From positions 1 through 64,000 of the IMG/VR virus record IMGVR_UViG_3300021256_000075: DNA of 64,000 bases, one strand, 5' to 3'. Of the stretch, positions 26,323-36,585 are shown piece by piece (the stretch's first letter is position 1; each line of letters begins with the position of its first letter). The notes under the pieces were generated by a model. That model saw only the letters and a program-made list of their open reading frames with translations. It made no database searches and was not told where the DNA came from. The position numbers and the translations under genes were made by a program. This stretch comes from a virus. Taxonomy: Duplodnaviria > Heunggongvirae > Uroviricota > Caudoviricetes.

Positions 26323-26829
26323 TTGACGGATGATGGACTGGCAGAAATACGAAGTTGGGCTAGACATGGCGACACGGATGAAATGATCGCCAAACGCATC
26401 GGAATATCAAGAAGCTATTTTTATACGTGGCTCAACAAATATGCTGAGATAAAACAAGCCGTAAAAGAAGGTAGACGGATTGAGCTTGTAGAGCAGGAAG
26501 ATGCTTTAAAAAAAGCAGGGCTTGGATACAAGATCACTGTCAAAAAGCCTATCAAGCTGAGAGAAGAAAAACAGAAAGCCGGAGAAGGCAAGATCGTAAC
26601 AGAGCGGATTGAGTACGCTGACGAGGAATTGTATTTTCCGCCAAACGTAGCCGCTCTTATTTTCTACTTAAAGAACAGAGCGCCGGACTATTGGAAGGAC
26701 AAGCCGAAAGACAACATTGAGGAAAGCGATGACCCGTTGAAAGAACTGCTTAAGCGGCTGAACGATGAAGCTGAGAGGGACAAGGATGAGAAAAAAACAG
26801 CAGACACTGACAAGCCTCTTGACTCCTAA
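26323..26829 (+). CDS. terminase small subunit
   Basis: N-terminal HTH (IAKRIGISRSYFYTWLNKY), charged C-terminus, directly upstream of TerL. Confidence 0.5.
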   Translation: MTDDGLAEIRSWARHGDTDEMIAKRIGISRSYFYTWLNKYAEIKQAVKEGRRIELVEQEDALKKAGLGYKITVKKPIKLREEKQKAGEGKIVTERIEYADEELYFPPNVAALIFYLKNRAPDYWKDKPKDNIEESDDPLKELLKRLNDEAERDKDEKKTADTDKPLDS

Positions 26830-27967
26830 ACAGCGGCAGTTCTGGAATAATTGCACACACCGCTATAACGTAAAAAGCGGCGCTACACGCTCCGGGAAAA
26901 CTTACATGGATTATTACATGATTCCTCGAAGAATCATAGAGCGCAAGGGAAAAGACGGCTTATACGTGATTCTGGGCAACACCAAAGGAACGCTACAAAG
27001 AAACATCATTCTTCCGATGCAGGAAAAATACGGAGTTGACCGTGTTTCTGATATCAGATCGGATAACACTGCAACTATGTTTGGCGAGAAGGTTTACTGC
27101 TTGGGCGCGGACAAGACGAACATGGTGGACAGAATCAGAGGTTCTAGCATTAAATACTGCTATGGCGATGAGGTTGTAACGTGGAGCAAAGACGTTTTTG
27201 ATATGCTCAAGTCACGTCTTGACAAGCCTTATTCCTGCTTTGACGGTTCATGCAATCCCGATTCTCCACAACACTGGTTTCACGACTTTCTTGAATCCGA
27301 TTCGGATATCTATCTTCAAAATTACACTCTTGATGACAATCCTTTTCTGGATGATAGCGTAAAAGAGAATATAAAGCGAGACTATGCAGGAACAGTACTT
27401 TATGACAGGTATGTTCTAGGATTATGGGTTGCATCCGAAGGAGCTTTGTTTACCACTTACCCGGAATACACGGATGACGAAACGTTACTGAGAGATGGAA
27501 TAGCGCATATCGATGCATCTTACGGAGGCGAGGACTTTACAGCGTTCACGTGCGGAAAAAGGCATGGTGATACGCTTTTTTTGTATGGCAGGTTGTGGCA
27601 CAAACATGTTGATTTAGTCCTTGATACTTGTATCCGGGAAGCAAAAAGATTGATGTGTGCACCGATCTTAATGGAATCAAACGCGGATAAAGGCTACCTT
27701 GCAAAAGAAATTGTTCGGAGAGGCTATAGCGCCAGAACATACAACGAAAGCATGAACAAGTTCTTGAAGATATCTTCTTATCTGCGTAAATGGTGGGGAA
27801 ACGTTGTTTTTCTGAACGGTACGGATAAGGCGTACATAGCGCAGATATTGAGCTATACAGAATCCGCAGAGCATGACGATGCCCCGGATAGTTGTTCCTG
27901 CGTTGCACGCCATTTTGACAGACGCAATGACACTGGCGATGAATACAAATCACCTTTTGGAGGATAA
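26765..27967 (+). CDS. terminase large subunit (PBSX-like family)
   Basis: Walker A-like KSGATRSGKT, ATPase and nuclease halves, about 400 aa; start 26765 or 26786. Confidence 0.65.
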   Translation: MKLRGTRMRKKQQTLTSLLTPKQRQFWNNCTHRYNVKSGATRSGKTYMDYYMIPRRIIERKGKDGLYVILGNTKGTLQRNIILPMQEKYGVDRVSDIRSDNTATMFGEKVYCLGADKTNMVDRIRGSSIKYCYGDEVVTWSKDVFDMLKSRLDKPYSCFDGSCNPDSPQHWFHDFLESDSDIYLQNYTLDDNPFLDDSVKENIKRDYAGTVLYDRYVLGLWVASEGALFTTYPEYTDDETLLRDGIAHIDASYGGEDFTAFTCGKRHGDTLFLYGRLWHKHVDLVLDTCIREAKRLMCAPILMESNADKGYLAKEIVRRGYSARTYNESMNKFLKISSYLRKWWGNVVFLNGTDKAYIAQILSYTESAEHDDAPDSCSCVARHFDRRNDTGDEYKSPFGG

Positions 27968-27971
27968 AAGC

Positions 27972-28283
27972 ATGGCAGATACTGTTGCAAAAGTAAAGAT
28001 TGGACTTTCGGTAGACGAGGAAACCGCGGAAACCTGTCTGAGGATTGTTGAGCTTTATGTAAACGAAAACGATATGGAGATTGAAGAAACCGTTGACGAT
28101 AACGGCTATTCTCATTTTGAGTTCCATGAATTTTTTGACGATGAAGATGACGAAGACGAACTGACCGTTGAAACGATTGCGAACATGCTTGATGAAATGG
28201 CAGATGCCGGATACATTCGCATTTGTGGCGGTAACGATGCTTTCTCCGTTGCGGAGAGTTATGTAGAGGATGCTGATGAATGA
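27972..28283 (+). CDS. acidic hypothetical protein
   Basis: Asp/Glu-rich; between terminase and portal. Confidence 0.35.
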   Translation: MADTVAKVKIGLSVDEETAETCLRIVELYVNENDMEIEETVDDNGYSHFEFHEFFDDEDDEDELTVETIANMLDEMADAGYIRICGGNDAFSVAESYVEDADE

Positions 28284-29671
28284 CTTACGAACGGACTTTT
28301 CAAGATTTTGAAATTGAAAAGGCTAGAGGAAGAATAACGGACTTTTTAAGAGAAGTTATCAACGCACACAAGGATAGTGAAGCTCTGAAGATTGCGCTAG
28401 ATGCGGATGCATATGACCATCGGGAAAACATCACTATAAGGAAGTTCGAAAAAAAGCTCTTCACAACAAATGGGCATAAAGTTGCGGACTACACCTCATC
28501 GAACATGAAGGTATGTAGCAACTTTTTCAACATTCTGAATACTCAGCGCGTTTCGTACTCACTGGGCAATGGAGTTACTTTTTCGGACACAAAAATCAAA
28601 GATAAACTTGGCATTGATTTTGATACGGTACTCAAAAAGGCCGCTAGATACGCTCTTATTCACGGCGTATCTTTTTTGTTTTTCAATAACGATCACTGCC
28701 ACCTGTTCAAGTTGACGGAGTTCGTCCCGCTGTACGATGAAGCAACGGGAATGCTCCGGGCAGGAGTACGCTATTACCAGATTGATCAAAGAAAGCCGTT
28801 GACTTGCGTCCTGTATGAGGAAGACGGATATACAACTTACAGGACGAAAAACCGTGGAGACAAACTTTATGAGATTGAGCCGAAACGGGCATACAAGCAA
28901 ATTGTTTCTTATTCTGTAGCGGAAGGTGAAACCGTTATCGGCGAGGAAAATTATGGCGCTCTTCCGATTGTTCCGTTGTGGGGTTCAGATCTGAAGCAAT
29001 CCACATTAATTGGAATGCGCGAACAGATTGATTCCTATGACTTGATTCGTTCCGGCTTTGCCAACGATCTTCTGGACTGCGCACAGATTTATTGGATTGT
29101 CTCCGGCTTTATGGGAATGACTGACAATGAGCTTTCGCAGTTCCGCGACAGGCTCTTATTCAATCATATTGCCCTTGCTGACACGGACAACGGAACGGTA
29201 ACACCTTACACACAGCAGATACCATTCGAGGCTAGAACAGGCTATTTAACGCAAATACGCAAGCAAATTTACGATGACTTCGGAGCTTTGGACGTAACGA
29301 ATTTCGCATCTGGCGAAAAAACTGCAACAGAGATTCAAGCGGCCTATCAGCCTATGGATGATATGGCGGATGATTTCGAGTATCAAATCATTCAAGCCGT
29401 TCAACAGATTCTGAAACTGCTAGGAATGGAAGATACACCGATATTCAAGCGGAATAAGCTCACGAATCCTCTGGAGCAGGTGCAAATGGTAATTCAAGAG
29501 GCTGAATATCTGGATGATAGAACAATCCTTGAAAAACTCCCGAACATCACTCCAGACGAGGTTGAGGAAATCTTGAAGCGCAAGGATGCGGAAGACGCAA
29601 ACAGAATGGCACAGTTTGATACTGGGAATCAGCAGGAAAACGAAGAAGACGAAGACGAGACTGAGGAATAA
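28280..29671 (+). CDS. portal protein
   Basis: 463 aa, follows TerL, acidic C-terminal tail; SPP1 gp6-like arrangement. Confidence 0.6.
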   Translation: MTYERTFQDFEIEKARGRITDFLREVINAHKDSEALKIALDADAYDHRENITIRKFEKKLFTTNGHKVADYTSSNMKVCSNFFNILNTQRVSYSLGNGVTFSDTKIKDKLGIDFDTVLKKAARYALIHGVSFLFFNNDHCHLFKLTEFVPLYDEATGMLRAGVRYYQIDQRKPLTCVLYEEDGYTTYRTKNRGDKLYEIEPKRAYKQIVSYSVAEGETVIGEENYGALPIVPLWGSDLKQSTLIGMREQIDSYDLIRSGFANDLLDCAQIYWIVSGFMGMTDNELSQFRDRLLFNHIALADTDNGTVTPYTQQIPFEARTGYLTQIRKQIYDDFGALDVTNFASGEKTATEIQAAYQPMDDMADDFEYQIIQAVQQILKLLGMEDTPIFKRNKLTNPLEQVQMVIQEAEYLDDRTILEKLPNITPDEVEEILKRKDAEDANRMAQFDTGNQQENEEDEDETEE

Positions 29672-29694
29672 GCTGTATTTGAGCTTGGAGGCAT

Positions 29695-31401
29695 ATGAGT
29701 TATTACGGGGATAGCGCAAGCGAGAAAGCCGCAATGAGGCTTGAAGCAAAGATAAAGCGCATATATGCCGAAGCGGCAAGAGACGTTGAGCAAAAGATAC
29801 TCCAGTATACGGACACTTTTAAAAAACGTGACGCCGAAATGCAGAAGAAGCTCAAGAACGGTGAAATATCGCAAGCTGATTACGATAATTGGAAAAGTCG
29901 AATTGTTTTCCGTGGAAAGCGGTGGAACAATGTCCGTGATACTATTTGGTCACAGCTCTATCACACTCGCCAAACAACAACTGATATGATAAATGACGAA
30001 AGAAAGGCAATGTTTCAAAACGTTGTCAACTACAGCCAATATCAAATAGATAAGGATTTCAACTTCAGCCTTTCTTTCAATATTTACGACAATGCAACCG
30101 TTACAAGATTAATCAAGGAAGACCCAGACCTTGTGCCGGATGTAAAGTACCCTGTTCCCGGCAGAGATTACGCATGGTCGAAGAAACAGATTGCAAGCGC
30201 GGCTACTCAAGGCGTTATTCAAGGTGAAAGCATCCCGGAAATCAGCAGAAGAATAGCAAACAAGCTTTCGAGCGCGAACATGGTATCAATGACACGGTGT
30301 GCAAGAACTGCGATGACTGGAGCGCACAACTCCGGCAGAATCGAGGCTATGCACAATGCTATCGATTTAGGTATCAAAGTGCAGAAGCTTTGGATTGCCA
30401 CTTTGGACAGCAGGACAAGAGACTGGCATCGTGATTTGGATGGACAACTTGCGGAGGTGGACGAGCCTTTTAATTCGCATTTCGGAGAAATTATGTACCC
30501 CGGTGACCCAAATGCTCGGCCTGCGAACGTATGGAATTGCCGCTGTTCTCTAGGTTGGGAGTATCCAGAATACAGAAACCAGTACGATACCAGAGCGGCG
30601 CGAGAAGAAGAAGCGAATAACGGTGGTCAAGTTGAAGAAATTCCATACATGAGCTATAATAAATGGGTACAGTGGGTTAAAGATGGCAAACCAGAAATCA
30701 AAAAGGAAATACCGAAACCGAAAGAACCAGAAATAGATCAAGTAATACAAAACTTCTTGAAAGAGTGTGAACAAACAAAAATCAAGTATCATGAAGTCAA
30801 AAAACTTGATACAGATTGGGCAAATGATAATGGAATATGGGCAATGAGTGAAATTTTTGAAAGGTTGCATGGCGGAGATTTAACATCTGGCTCATGTGCC
30901 TCTCTAGCTCTTGCATATGCAGGCAACAGATGCGGTTACGATGTTATAGACTTCCGTGGCGGCGCGAGCCAAACTAAATTTTCATCTGGTTACAATCTTA
31001 GAAAATTATTCAATGCCACTGGTGTTGAAACAATTACGGAAAAGGATACAAATGATATAAAAGCATGTGAACGCCTATTCAATCAGATGAAAGATGATAA
31101 AGAGTATATCCTTTGCACAGGAAAACATGCATCGATAGTGAGAAAGCAGAATGGCTCAGTGCAATACTTAGAATTGCAATCTGCGACTAACGGAGGATGG
31201 CACGACTTTGAAAAAGATACTTTAAAATGGCGTTTCGGTTGTCAGAGAAGCCATTCAACTTATGGCATGAAATATGAGAGATCAAATGAGCTTGTTGATG
31301 TTGAATCGTTTAAAAATTTTGTAGGGTTCGATAAAGTACTTGGATATATAAACACTCCAGAAAATGAGCAGAAAAAAGGTAGAGCGGGACATGAAAAGTA
31401 A
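29695..31401 (+). CDS. head morphogenesis protein (MuF/SPP1 gp7 domain) fused to a C-terminal papain-like toxin-like domain
   Basis: MuF motifs LDSRTRDWHRDLDGQ and NCRCSLGW; about 240-aa C-terminal extension with TSGSCASLALAY (Cys) and GKHASIV (His). Confidence 0.6.
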   Translation: MSYYGDSASEKAAMRLEAKIKRIYAEAARDVEQKILQYTDTFKKRDAEMQKKLKNGEISQADYDNWKSRIVFRGKRWNNVRDTIWSQLYHTRQTTTDMINDERKAMFQNVVNYSQYQIDKDFNFSLSFNIYDNATVTRLIKEDPDLVPDVKYPVPGRDYAWSKKQIASAATQGVIQGESIPEISRRIANKLSSANMVSMTRCARTAMTGAHNSGRIEAMHNAIDLGIKVQKLWIATLDSRTRDWHRDLDGQLAEVDEPFNSHFGEIMYPGDPNARPANVWNCRCSLGWEYPEYRNQYDTRAAREEEANNGGQVEEIPYMSYNKWVQWVKDGKPEIKKEIPKPKEPEIDQVIQNFLKECEQTKIKYHEVKKLDTDWANDNGIWAMSEIFERLHGGDLTSGSCASLALAYAGNRCGYDVIDFRGGASQTKFSSGYNLRKLFNATGVETITEKDTNDIKACERLFNQMKDDKEYILCTGKHASIVRKQNGSVQYLELQSATNGGWHDFEKDTLKWRFGCQRSHSTYGMKYERSNELVDVESFKNFVGFDKVLGYINTPENEQKKGRAGHEK

Positions 31402-31609
31402 CTGGGCATTCTACAAAAATGAAGAAGACGATGTTATTTGGTGGGTTGATAATAGTGAGGATGTAATTGGAGAGCATTTATTTACATTCGATAAAAAGAA
31501 AATTTACAATCTTTTTGCCGATTATCCAAATAACATGACGGCAGAAGAAGTTGCTATTTTTGATAAAGAAAACCCGAAATGGGCTGAATTCTTCTTCGAC
31601 AGGAAGTGA
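31364..31609 (+). CDS. putative immunity protein for the MuF C-terminal domain
   Basis: Small gene immediately downstream, the usual position of polymorphic-toxin immunity genes. Confidence 0.3.
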   Translation: MSRKKVERDMKSNWAFYKNEEDDVIWWVDNSEDVIGEHLFTFDKKKIYNLFADYPNNMTAEEVAIFDKENPKWAEFFFDRK

Positions 31610-31613
31610 TAAT

Positions 31614-32024
31614 ATGCCTGCGTCTATGGATTTTCGTATTGCCATTGATAATACTGGCAAAGTTGGAGAAGAGCTTGAACTTGCCATTGTTAGAGCTTTG
31701 GAAATATGCGGTGGCAAGGCGGAAACATATGCAAAGCTTAATTGTCCTGTTGATACTGGCCTTTTGAGAAACAGTATAACGCATGCTGTTGAGGGGAATG
31801 CGCCGTCTGTTCAATCTTATAAGGCAAACAAGGGAGATGGTCAAGGCTCTTACTCCGGCTCAATCGGTAAAAAGGGCGATCATACAGTTTATGTTGGTTC
31901 AAACGTTTCTTATGCCACGGACAATGAATTGCACCACAAAACAAAAAGCGGATTCATACGGCAGTCTTTGGAAAATCACATGGAAGAATATAAAACCGTG
32001 ATTCAAAGCGAATTGAGCAAATAA
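31614..32024 (+). CDS. HK97 gp10-like virion protein
   Basis: NCPVDTGLLRNS motif; ATG 31614. Confidence 0.4.
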   Translation: MPASMDFRIAIDNTGKVGEELELAIVRALEICGGKAETYAKLNCPVDTGLLRNSITHAVEGNAPSVQSYKANKGDGQGSYSGSIGKKGDHTVYVGSNVSYATDNELHHKTKSGFIRQSLENHMEEYKTVIQSELSK

Positions 32025-32272
32025 ATGAATTTAGGAGTTTTTGCACACACCGCATGCTCAAGAAACCCTATGGAAAACCAAGTAGAAGACGGAGATGAAA
32101 GGCCAAAGCATTGCCCACTAAAAGAAGTTAAATAGGAATTTAATATGTGGAGAAAGTTTTACGATGGATGGTTTGAATATTACTACAATATTGAAACTGG
32201 CGAGCGTAAATTCAAACTTGAGCCTTGCGACAAATTGGTTGATTAAATAAAACAATAAAAATCAATAATCTG

Positions 32273-32312
32273 AATGCAATTCGAGATGATTTGTTTCGAA
32301 TTGCATTTTTTC
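32273..32312 (+). terminator. rho-independent terminator (a second one lies at 32322-32357)
   Basis: tgcaattcga...tcgaattgca hairpin plus T6. Confidence 0.45.
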
Positions 32313-32414
32313 TTTGGTAATTACAAGCCACACGAAGCACTGTGCGGCTTGTTTTTATATACAAACAATTCTCAAAGGGCGAAGAACAGCCCCAAAGCAA
32401 TGGAGGATTAAGGA

Positions 32415-33020
32415 ATGGCAAATTTTAGGCGAAAAGAAATTCGCGAAATCATCGGAGAAGCATGCACTGACGAGATGGAAAACAGACTAATTGCTCTGCA
32501 TTTAAGTGTGGTTGACCCTCTGAAGGATGAGCTTACCGATGCAAAGGCAAACGCAGATAAGGTTGCCGATCTTCAGAAGCAGTTGGAGAAGGCACAGAAA
32601 GACCTGCAGGATGCCGGAGACTGGAAAGCCAAGTTCGAGAAAGAACATTCGGATTTTGACGAGTACAAAAAACAAATTGAGGAAGGAAAGGCTGTAGACA
32701 CTGTAAAGGGGCTTTATCGGACACTTTTGAAAGAAGCCAAAGTGGATGATAAGCGCATCGATTCCATTCTGAAGGTCACTGATTTCAGCGGCATGAAGGT
32801 GGACAAAGATGGAAAGCTTGAAGGTGCTGACAAACTGACCGAATCAATCAAAAAGGACTGGAGCGACTTTATTAATGTTACAAGCACGAAGGGTGCTGAC
32901 GTTGAAACGCCTCCAGAAGGCAATGGCAACAAGATGACGCGTGAAGAGATCATGAAGATCAAAGACACTGCGAAACGTCAAGAGGCCATTGCAAACAACT
33001 TAGATATTTTCAACCAATAA
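32415..33020 (+). CDS. scaffolding protein
   Basis: K/E/D-rich coiled coil directly upstream of the capsid gene. Confidence 0.5.
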   Translation: MANFRRKEIREIIGEACTDEMENRLIALHLSVVDPLKDELTDAKANADKVADLQKQLEKAQKDLQDAGDWKAKFEKEHSDFDEYKKQIEEGKAVDTVKGLYRTLLKEAKVDDKRIDSILKVTDFSGMKVDKDGKLEGADKLTESIKKDWSDFINVTSTKGADVETPPEGNGNKMTREEIMKIKDTAKRQEAIANNLDIFNQ

Positions 33021-33033
33021 AGGAGTGATTTAA

Positions 33034-34062
33034 ATGGCCAAAGCCAATCTTACCAAGTCTGCTCAGATTCAGACAACTGCGCGTGAAGTTGATTTCGTAA
33101 CCCGTTTTGATAATAACTGGGATCACCTCCGCGATATCATGGGTATTACCCGTCTAATTCGCAAAACTCCCGGAACTGTGCTGAAGAGCAAATACGCGGA
33201 AGTTACCCTTCAGAACGGAGCAATTGCAGAGGGCGAGGAAATTCCGTATTCTCAGGCCCAAGTTAAGACAAAGGATTATGCAAGCATCAACGTCGAAAAA
33301 TATGCAAAGGCGGTTACCATTGAGGCTATTAACGAGCATGGTTACGATGATGCCATCAACCTTACGGATGAACAGTTTCTTTTCGAGCTTCAGAACAATG
33401 TTACCGATCGTTTCTATACCTTTCTGCGCGGCGGCACTCTGATCAAAGCCAAGGCCACTTTCCAAGCCGCTCTCGCTGAGGCACAGGGACAGGTGCGGAA
33501 CAAGTGGAAGAAGATGCACAAGGGAATCACCGAGATTGTTGGCTTCTGCAACATTCTTGATGCTTATGACTATCTTGGAGCGGCGGCTATCACTGTGCAG
33601 AACGAGTTCGGAATGAACTACATTGAGAACTTCCTCGGTTATCGCCGTCTCTTCCTGTGCTCTGAGGCTGAGATTCCTTCCGGAGTTGTCCTTGCTACCC
33701 CCGTGGAAAACCTCATTCTTTACTATGTTTCTCCCGATGATTCCGACTTTGCCCGTGCCGGACTGGTTTACACCACTGATGGAGTTACGAACCTCATCGG
33801 TTTCCACGTGCAGGGCAATTATGGCACTGCTGTTTCCGAGTCGTTTGCTCTGATGGGAATGACGCTCATGGCTGAGTACCTTGATGGCATTGCATCCGTT
33901 GATATCGGTACTGAAACTTATACGGCGGTTCAATCTCCTGCAAAGGCAAACCTTGGCACATATTTCGAGAAGGCCGCTGACAATACCTACTTTAAAACTT
34001 TGGATACGGATATCGTGTCCGGCAAGACTTATTACACCCGTTCCGTGACTCGTGCCGCCTAA
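33034..34062 (+). CDS. major capsid protein
   Basis: 342 aa after scaffold, RBS aaaggagtg. Confidence 0.55.
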   Translation: MAKANLTKSAQIQTTAREVDFVTRFDNNWDHLRDIMGITRLIRKTPGTVLKSKYAEVTLQNGAIAEGEEIPYSQAQVKTKDYASINVEKYAKAVTIEAINEHGYDDAINLTDEQFLFELQNNVTDRFYTFLRGGTLIKAKATFQAALAEAQGQVRNKWKKMHKGITEIVGFCNILDAYDYLGAAAITVQNEFGMNYIENFLGYRRLFLCSEAEIPSGVVLATPVENLILYYVSPDDSDFARAGLVYTTDGVTNLIGFHVQGNYGTAVSESFALMGMTLMAEYLDGIASVDIGTETYTAVQSPAKANLGTYFEKAADNTYFKTLDTDIVSGKTYYTRSVTRAA

Positions 34063-34376
34063 TGTACATAACAGTTAAGGCGTTTGCGGACGCGCAGGAC
34101 AACAGCCACACTTACCAGATCGGGGACGAGTATCCCCGTTCTGGAGTGGTTGTGACGGATGCAAGACTGTTCGAACTGTCAACGTCCGCAAACAGGCTTA
34201 GAATGCCTCTTATAGAGCTTGTGAACGAAGATAATGGAAATGCACAGGCGAAAGCAGAAAATGCGCCAGAAGTACAAAAAAGCGATAAAAAAGAGCATTC
34301 TGAGCCAAATGAACAGAAGACAGCAGAAAACAAGCCGAAAAGGCAGTACAAGAAGCGAGTGAATGCCGATGCTTGA
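34062..34376 (+). CDS. hypothetical head protein with Lys-rich tail
   Basis: ATG overlapping capsid stop. Confidence 0.35.
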   Translation: MYITVKAFADAQDNSHTYQIGDEYPRSGVVVTDARLFELSTSANRLRMPLIELVNEDNGNAQAKAENAPEVQKSDKKEHSEPNEQKTAENKPKRQYKKRVNADA

Positions 34377-34806
34377 AAAGATATTGAGGCATCTGAATAA
34401 CTGGTTTGTCTATGAGATGCATAAAGGCATTTTCACCGTTACGGGCAACGGAGATTTTGATTTCCTTCAACCCGGGCAGTATTACCGCATCGTCGGCAGT
34501 GTGTTTAACGATGGTTTGCATCGTTACATGTACGATGATGAGGATATACGTCAGGAAACTTTTAGCGGTGAAATCTGGTCTTTGGCTATTCCTAAAGCAG
34601 TAATTGAACTGGCAGAAAGAATATCTGAATTGCAGGAAAAATACGGACAGGCATACGATAGCCCGTATGATTCTGAGAACGTTATCGGTGTTTACAGCTA
34701 TTCCAAGTCTTCCGGCTCTACAATTGCTGATTCGTTGGATAAACGAAACTGGTGGCAACGCCAGTACGCGAGTGAACTGAACGCATGGAGGAAGATTTCA
34801 CCGTGA
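34363..34806 (+). CDS. head-tail connector/adaptor protein
   Basis: Position and size. Confidence 0.4.
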   Translation: MPMLEKILRHLNNWFVYEMHKGIFTVTGNGDFDFLQPGQYYRIVGSVFNDGLHRYMYDDEDIRQETFSGEIWSLAIPKAVIELAERISELQEKYGQAYDSPYDSENVIGVYSYSKSSGSTIADSLDKRNWWQRQYASELNAWRKISP

Positions 34807-35156
34807 GTATGATCGAGGAAATGATGACTCAGTGCATCATGATGGATAAAGTGTCTGTGCCGGATGGGCTCGGAGGATTTGATTTTGTATGGCAGGATGG
34901 CGCGGAGTTTAAGGCAACTGTAATTAAGGACAGCTCCCCGGAAATGCTGATTGCAGAAAAACAGGGTATAACCGAGACATACACTATTGTGACAAAATCA
35001 AACGTGGGCCTGCAATACCACGATGTTTTTCGGAGACTGGAAGACGGGCAAATTTTCCGTGTTACCTCAAACACAGTTGATTCTAAAGCTCCGGCGCATT
35101 CAACTGTTCAGATAGCAAAGGTTACCGCCGAGAAGTGGGTGATTCCGAGTGCTTGA
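34785..35156 (+). CDS. head closure protein
   Basis: Position and size. Confidence 0.4.
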   Translation: MEEDFTVSMIEEMMTQCIMMDKVSVPDGLGGFDFVWQDGAEFKATVIKDSSPEMLIAEKQGITETYTIVTKSNVGLQYHDVFRRLEDGQIFRVTSNTVDSKAPAHSTVQIAKVTAEKWVIPSA

Positions 35157-35523
35157 TACTGCAAAGGCGCTTTATACGTTTTATTCCTCGTTTGGTCTTC
35201 CTGCTTACACCGTTCAGAATGTGCCGGATGATATAGTACTGCCATACCTTACGTATAGTTACGTAGAGCCAGATTGGGATAGATCGGCAACACATTATGT
35301 GCAGATCTTCATGCGGACACATACCGATGGGCCATTGTTGGAAAAAGCAGGAGAGATTGTACGGGCGATAGGCACTGGGTTGCGTCTTCCTTGCGAAAAC
35401 GGCGGATGCGTTTATCTGCATCTGGATTCCCCCATGGTACAAATTAACGTGGAGACGGATAGCGATATTAGGTACGCTTATCTTAATCTCCAACTGGATG
35501 CACTGCATCCATACGGACAATAA
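35149..35523 (+). CDS. tail completion/terminator protein
   Basis: Position upstream of the major tail protein. Confidence 0.4.
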   Translation: MLDTAKALYTFYSSFGLPAYTVQNVPDDIVLPYLTYSYVEPDWDRSATHYVQIFMRTHTDGPLLEKAGEIVRAIGTGLRLPCENGGCVYLHLDSPMVQINVETDSDIRYAYLNLQLDALHPYGQ

Positions 35524-35546
35524 AAAAGAAAGGATGAGAAGAGTAT

Positions 35547-36110
35547 ATGGGAACTTACACCCGAATTCCGCAGAGCACGTTCAACGAGCTACAGATGGAT
35601 GCAGGAATTCTGCTCACCACATTTGATGTAACAAAAACTACTGCTGTTGCGGATGAAGATATCATCACTGCCACTACTGGCGGTGTAAACGTGGTTTGTG
35701 AACCTACATACAGCGATCTCGGCGAGGACATTGATAACTGCCCGAACAACACGAAGGAGCTGAAGCACCTTGACGGATGGGATTGCAGAATTGAAACCAC
35801 GGCTTTGGGAACTTCTGCTGAGGCAATTAAGCTTGCCCTAGGTGCGGCTGATATTGACGGAACAAACACTAGCAAGATTATTCCGCGAAGAGACCTTAAT
35901 CAGTCAGACTTTTCGGACATCTGGTGGGTCGGCGACCGTGCTGATGGCGGTTGCGTTGCCATTAAATTGAAGAACGCTCTTTCCACTGGCGGTTTTTCAC
36001 TTCAGACCACGAAGAACGGCAAAGGACAAACGGCGATGACTATCACTGGCCATGTATCTATCACAGCACAAGATACTATGCCAATGGAGTTTTACAGCAT
36101 CGAACCTTAA
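35547..36110 (+). CDS. major tail protein
   Basis: 187 aa, RBS, followed by terminator-like hairpin and chaperone genes. Confidence 0.5.
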   Translation: MGTYTRIPQSTFNELQMDAGILLTTFDVTKTTAVADEDIITATTGGVNVVCEPTYSDLGEDIDNCPNNTKELKHLDGWDCRIETTALGTSAEAIKLALGAADIDGTNTSKIIPRRDLNQSDFSDIWWVGDRADGGCVAIKLKNALSTGGFSLQTTKNGKGQTAMTITGHVSITAQDTMPMEFYSIEP

Positions 36111-36192
36111 AGAGGTTGGCGAAAGCCAACCTCTTTTTTACAGTTTACGATAATTTCCGTTTTTAACTGAAAATGCAGGAGGATAAATACGC

Positions 36193-36585
36193 GTGAAAAC
36201 AATCGCAGAACTCAGCGGAGTGGATTTTCTGAGACGTTGCAACCAGATTAGGCACAAGGCAGAAGAAGTACTTAAAAACACGAATGTTCTGGAAATTCGG
36301 AAGAGAAAACCGATTATCAAAGGCACTGAAAAGCCGGAAGAAATTGAAGCTCTTTACGATGAACAGGCAAAGAAAAACATCAATGACATGCTCGATCTGA
36401 TGCTCGAGGAAAAGCCGGAAGAAACGATCAAGCTTTTTGAAATGCTCGTTGATGTAGACAAGGACGAAGAAAAGCCTTCCGGCATGGATTTGGTGCTCGT
36501 TGGAATGTCGGTGCTTTCTGATAAGCGGGTACTGGATTTTTTAGCGTCGTTGATGCGATTGGGGCAGACGAGTATGGGCGCTTAA
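36193..36585 (+). CDS. tail assembly chaperone (G)
   Basis: Acidic about 130 aa between the major tail protein and tape measure genes. Confidence 0.5.
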   Translation: MKTIAELSGVDFLRRCNQIRHKAEEVLKNTNVLEIRKRKPIIKGTEKPEEIEALYDEQAKKNINDMLDLMLEEKPEETIKLFEMLVDVDKDEEKPSGMDLVLVGMSVLSDKRVLDFLASLMRLGQTSMGA

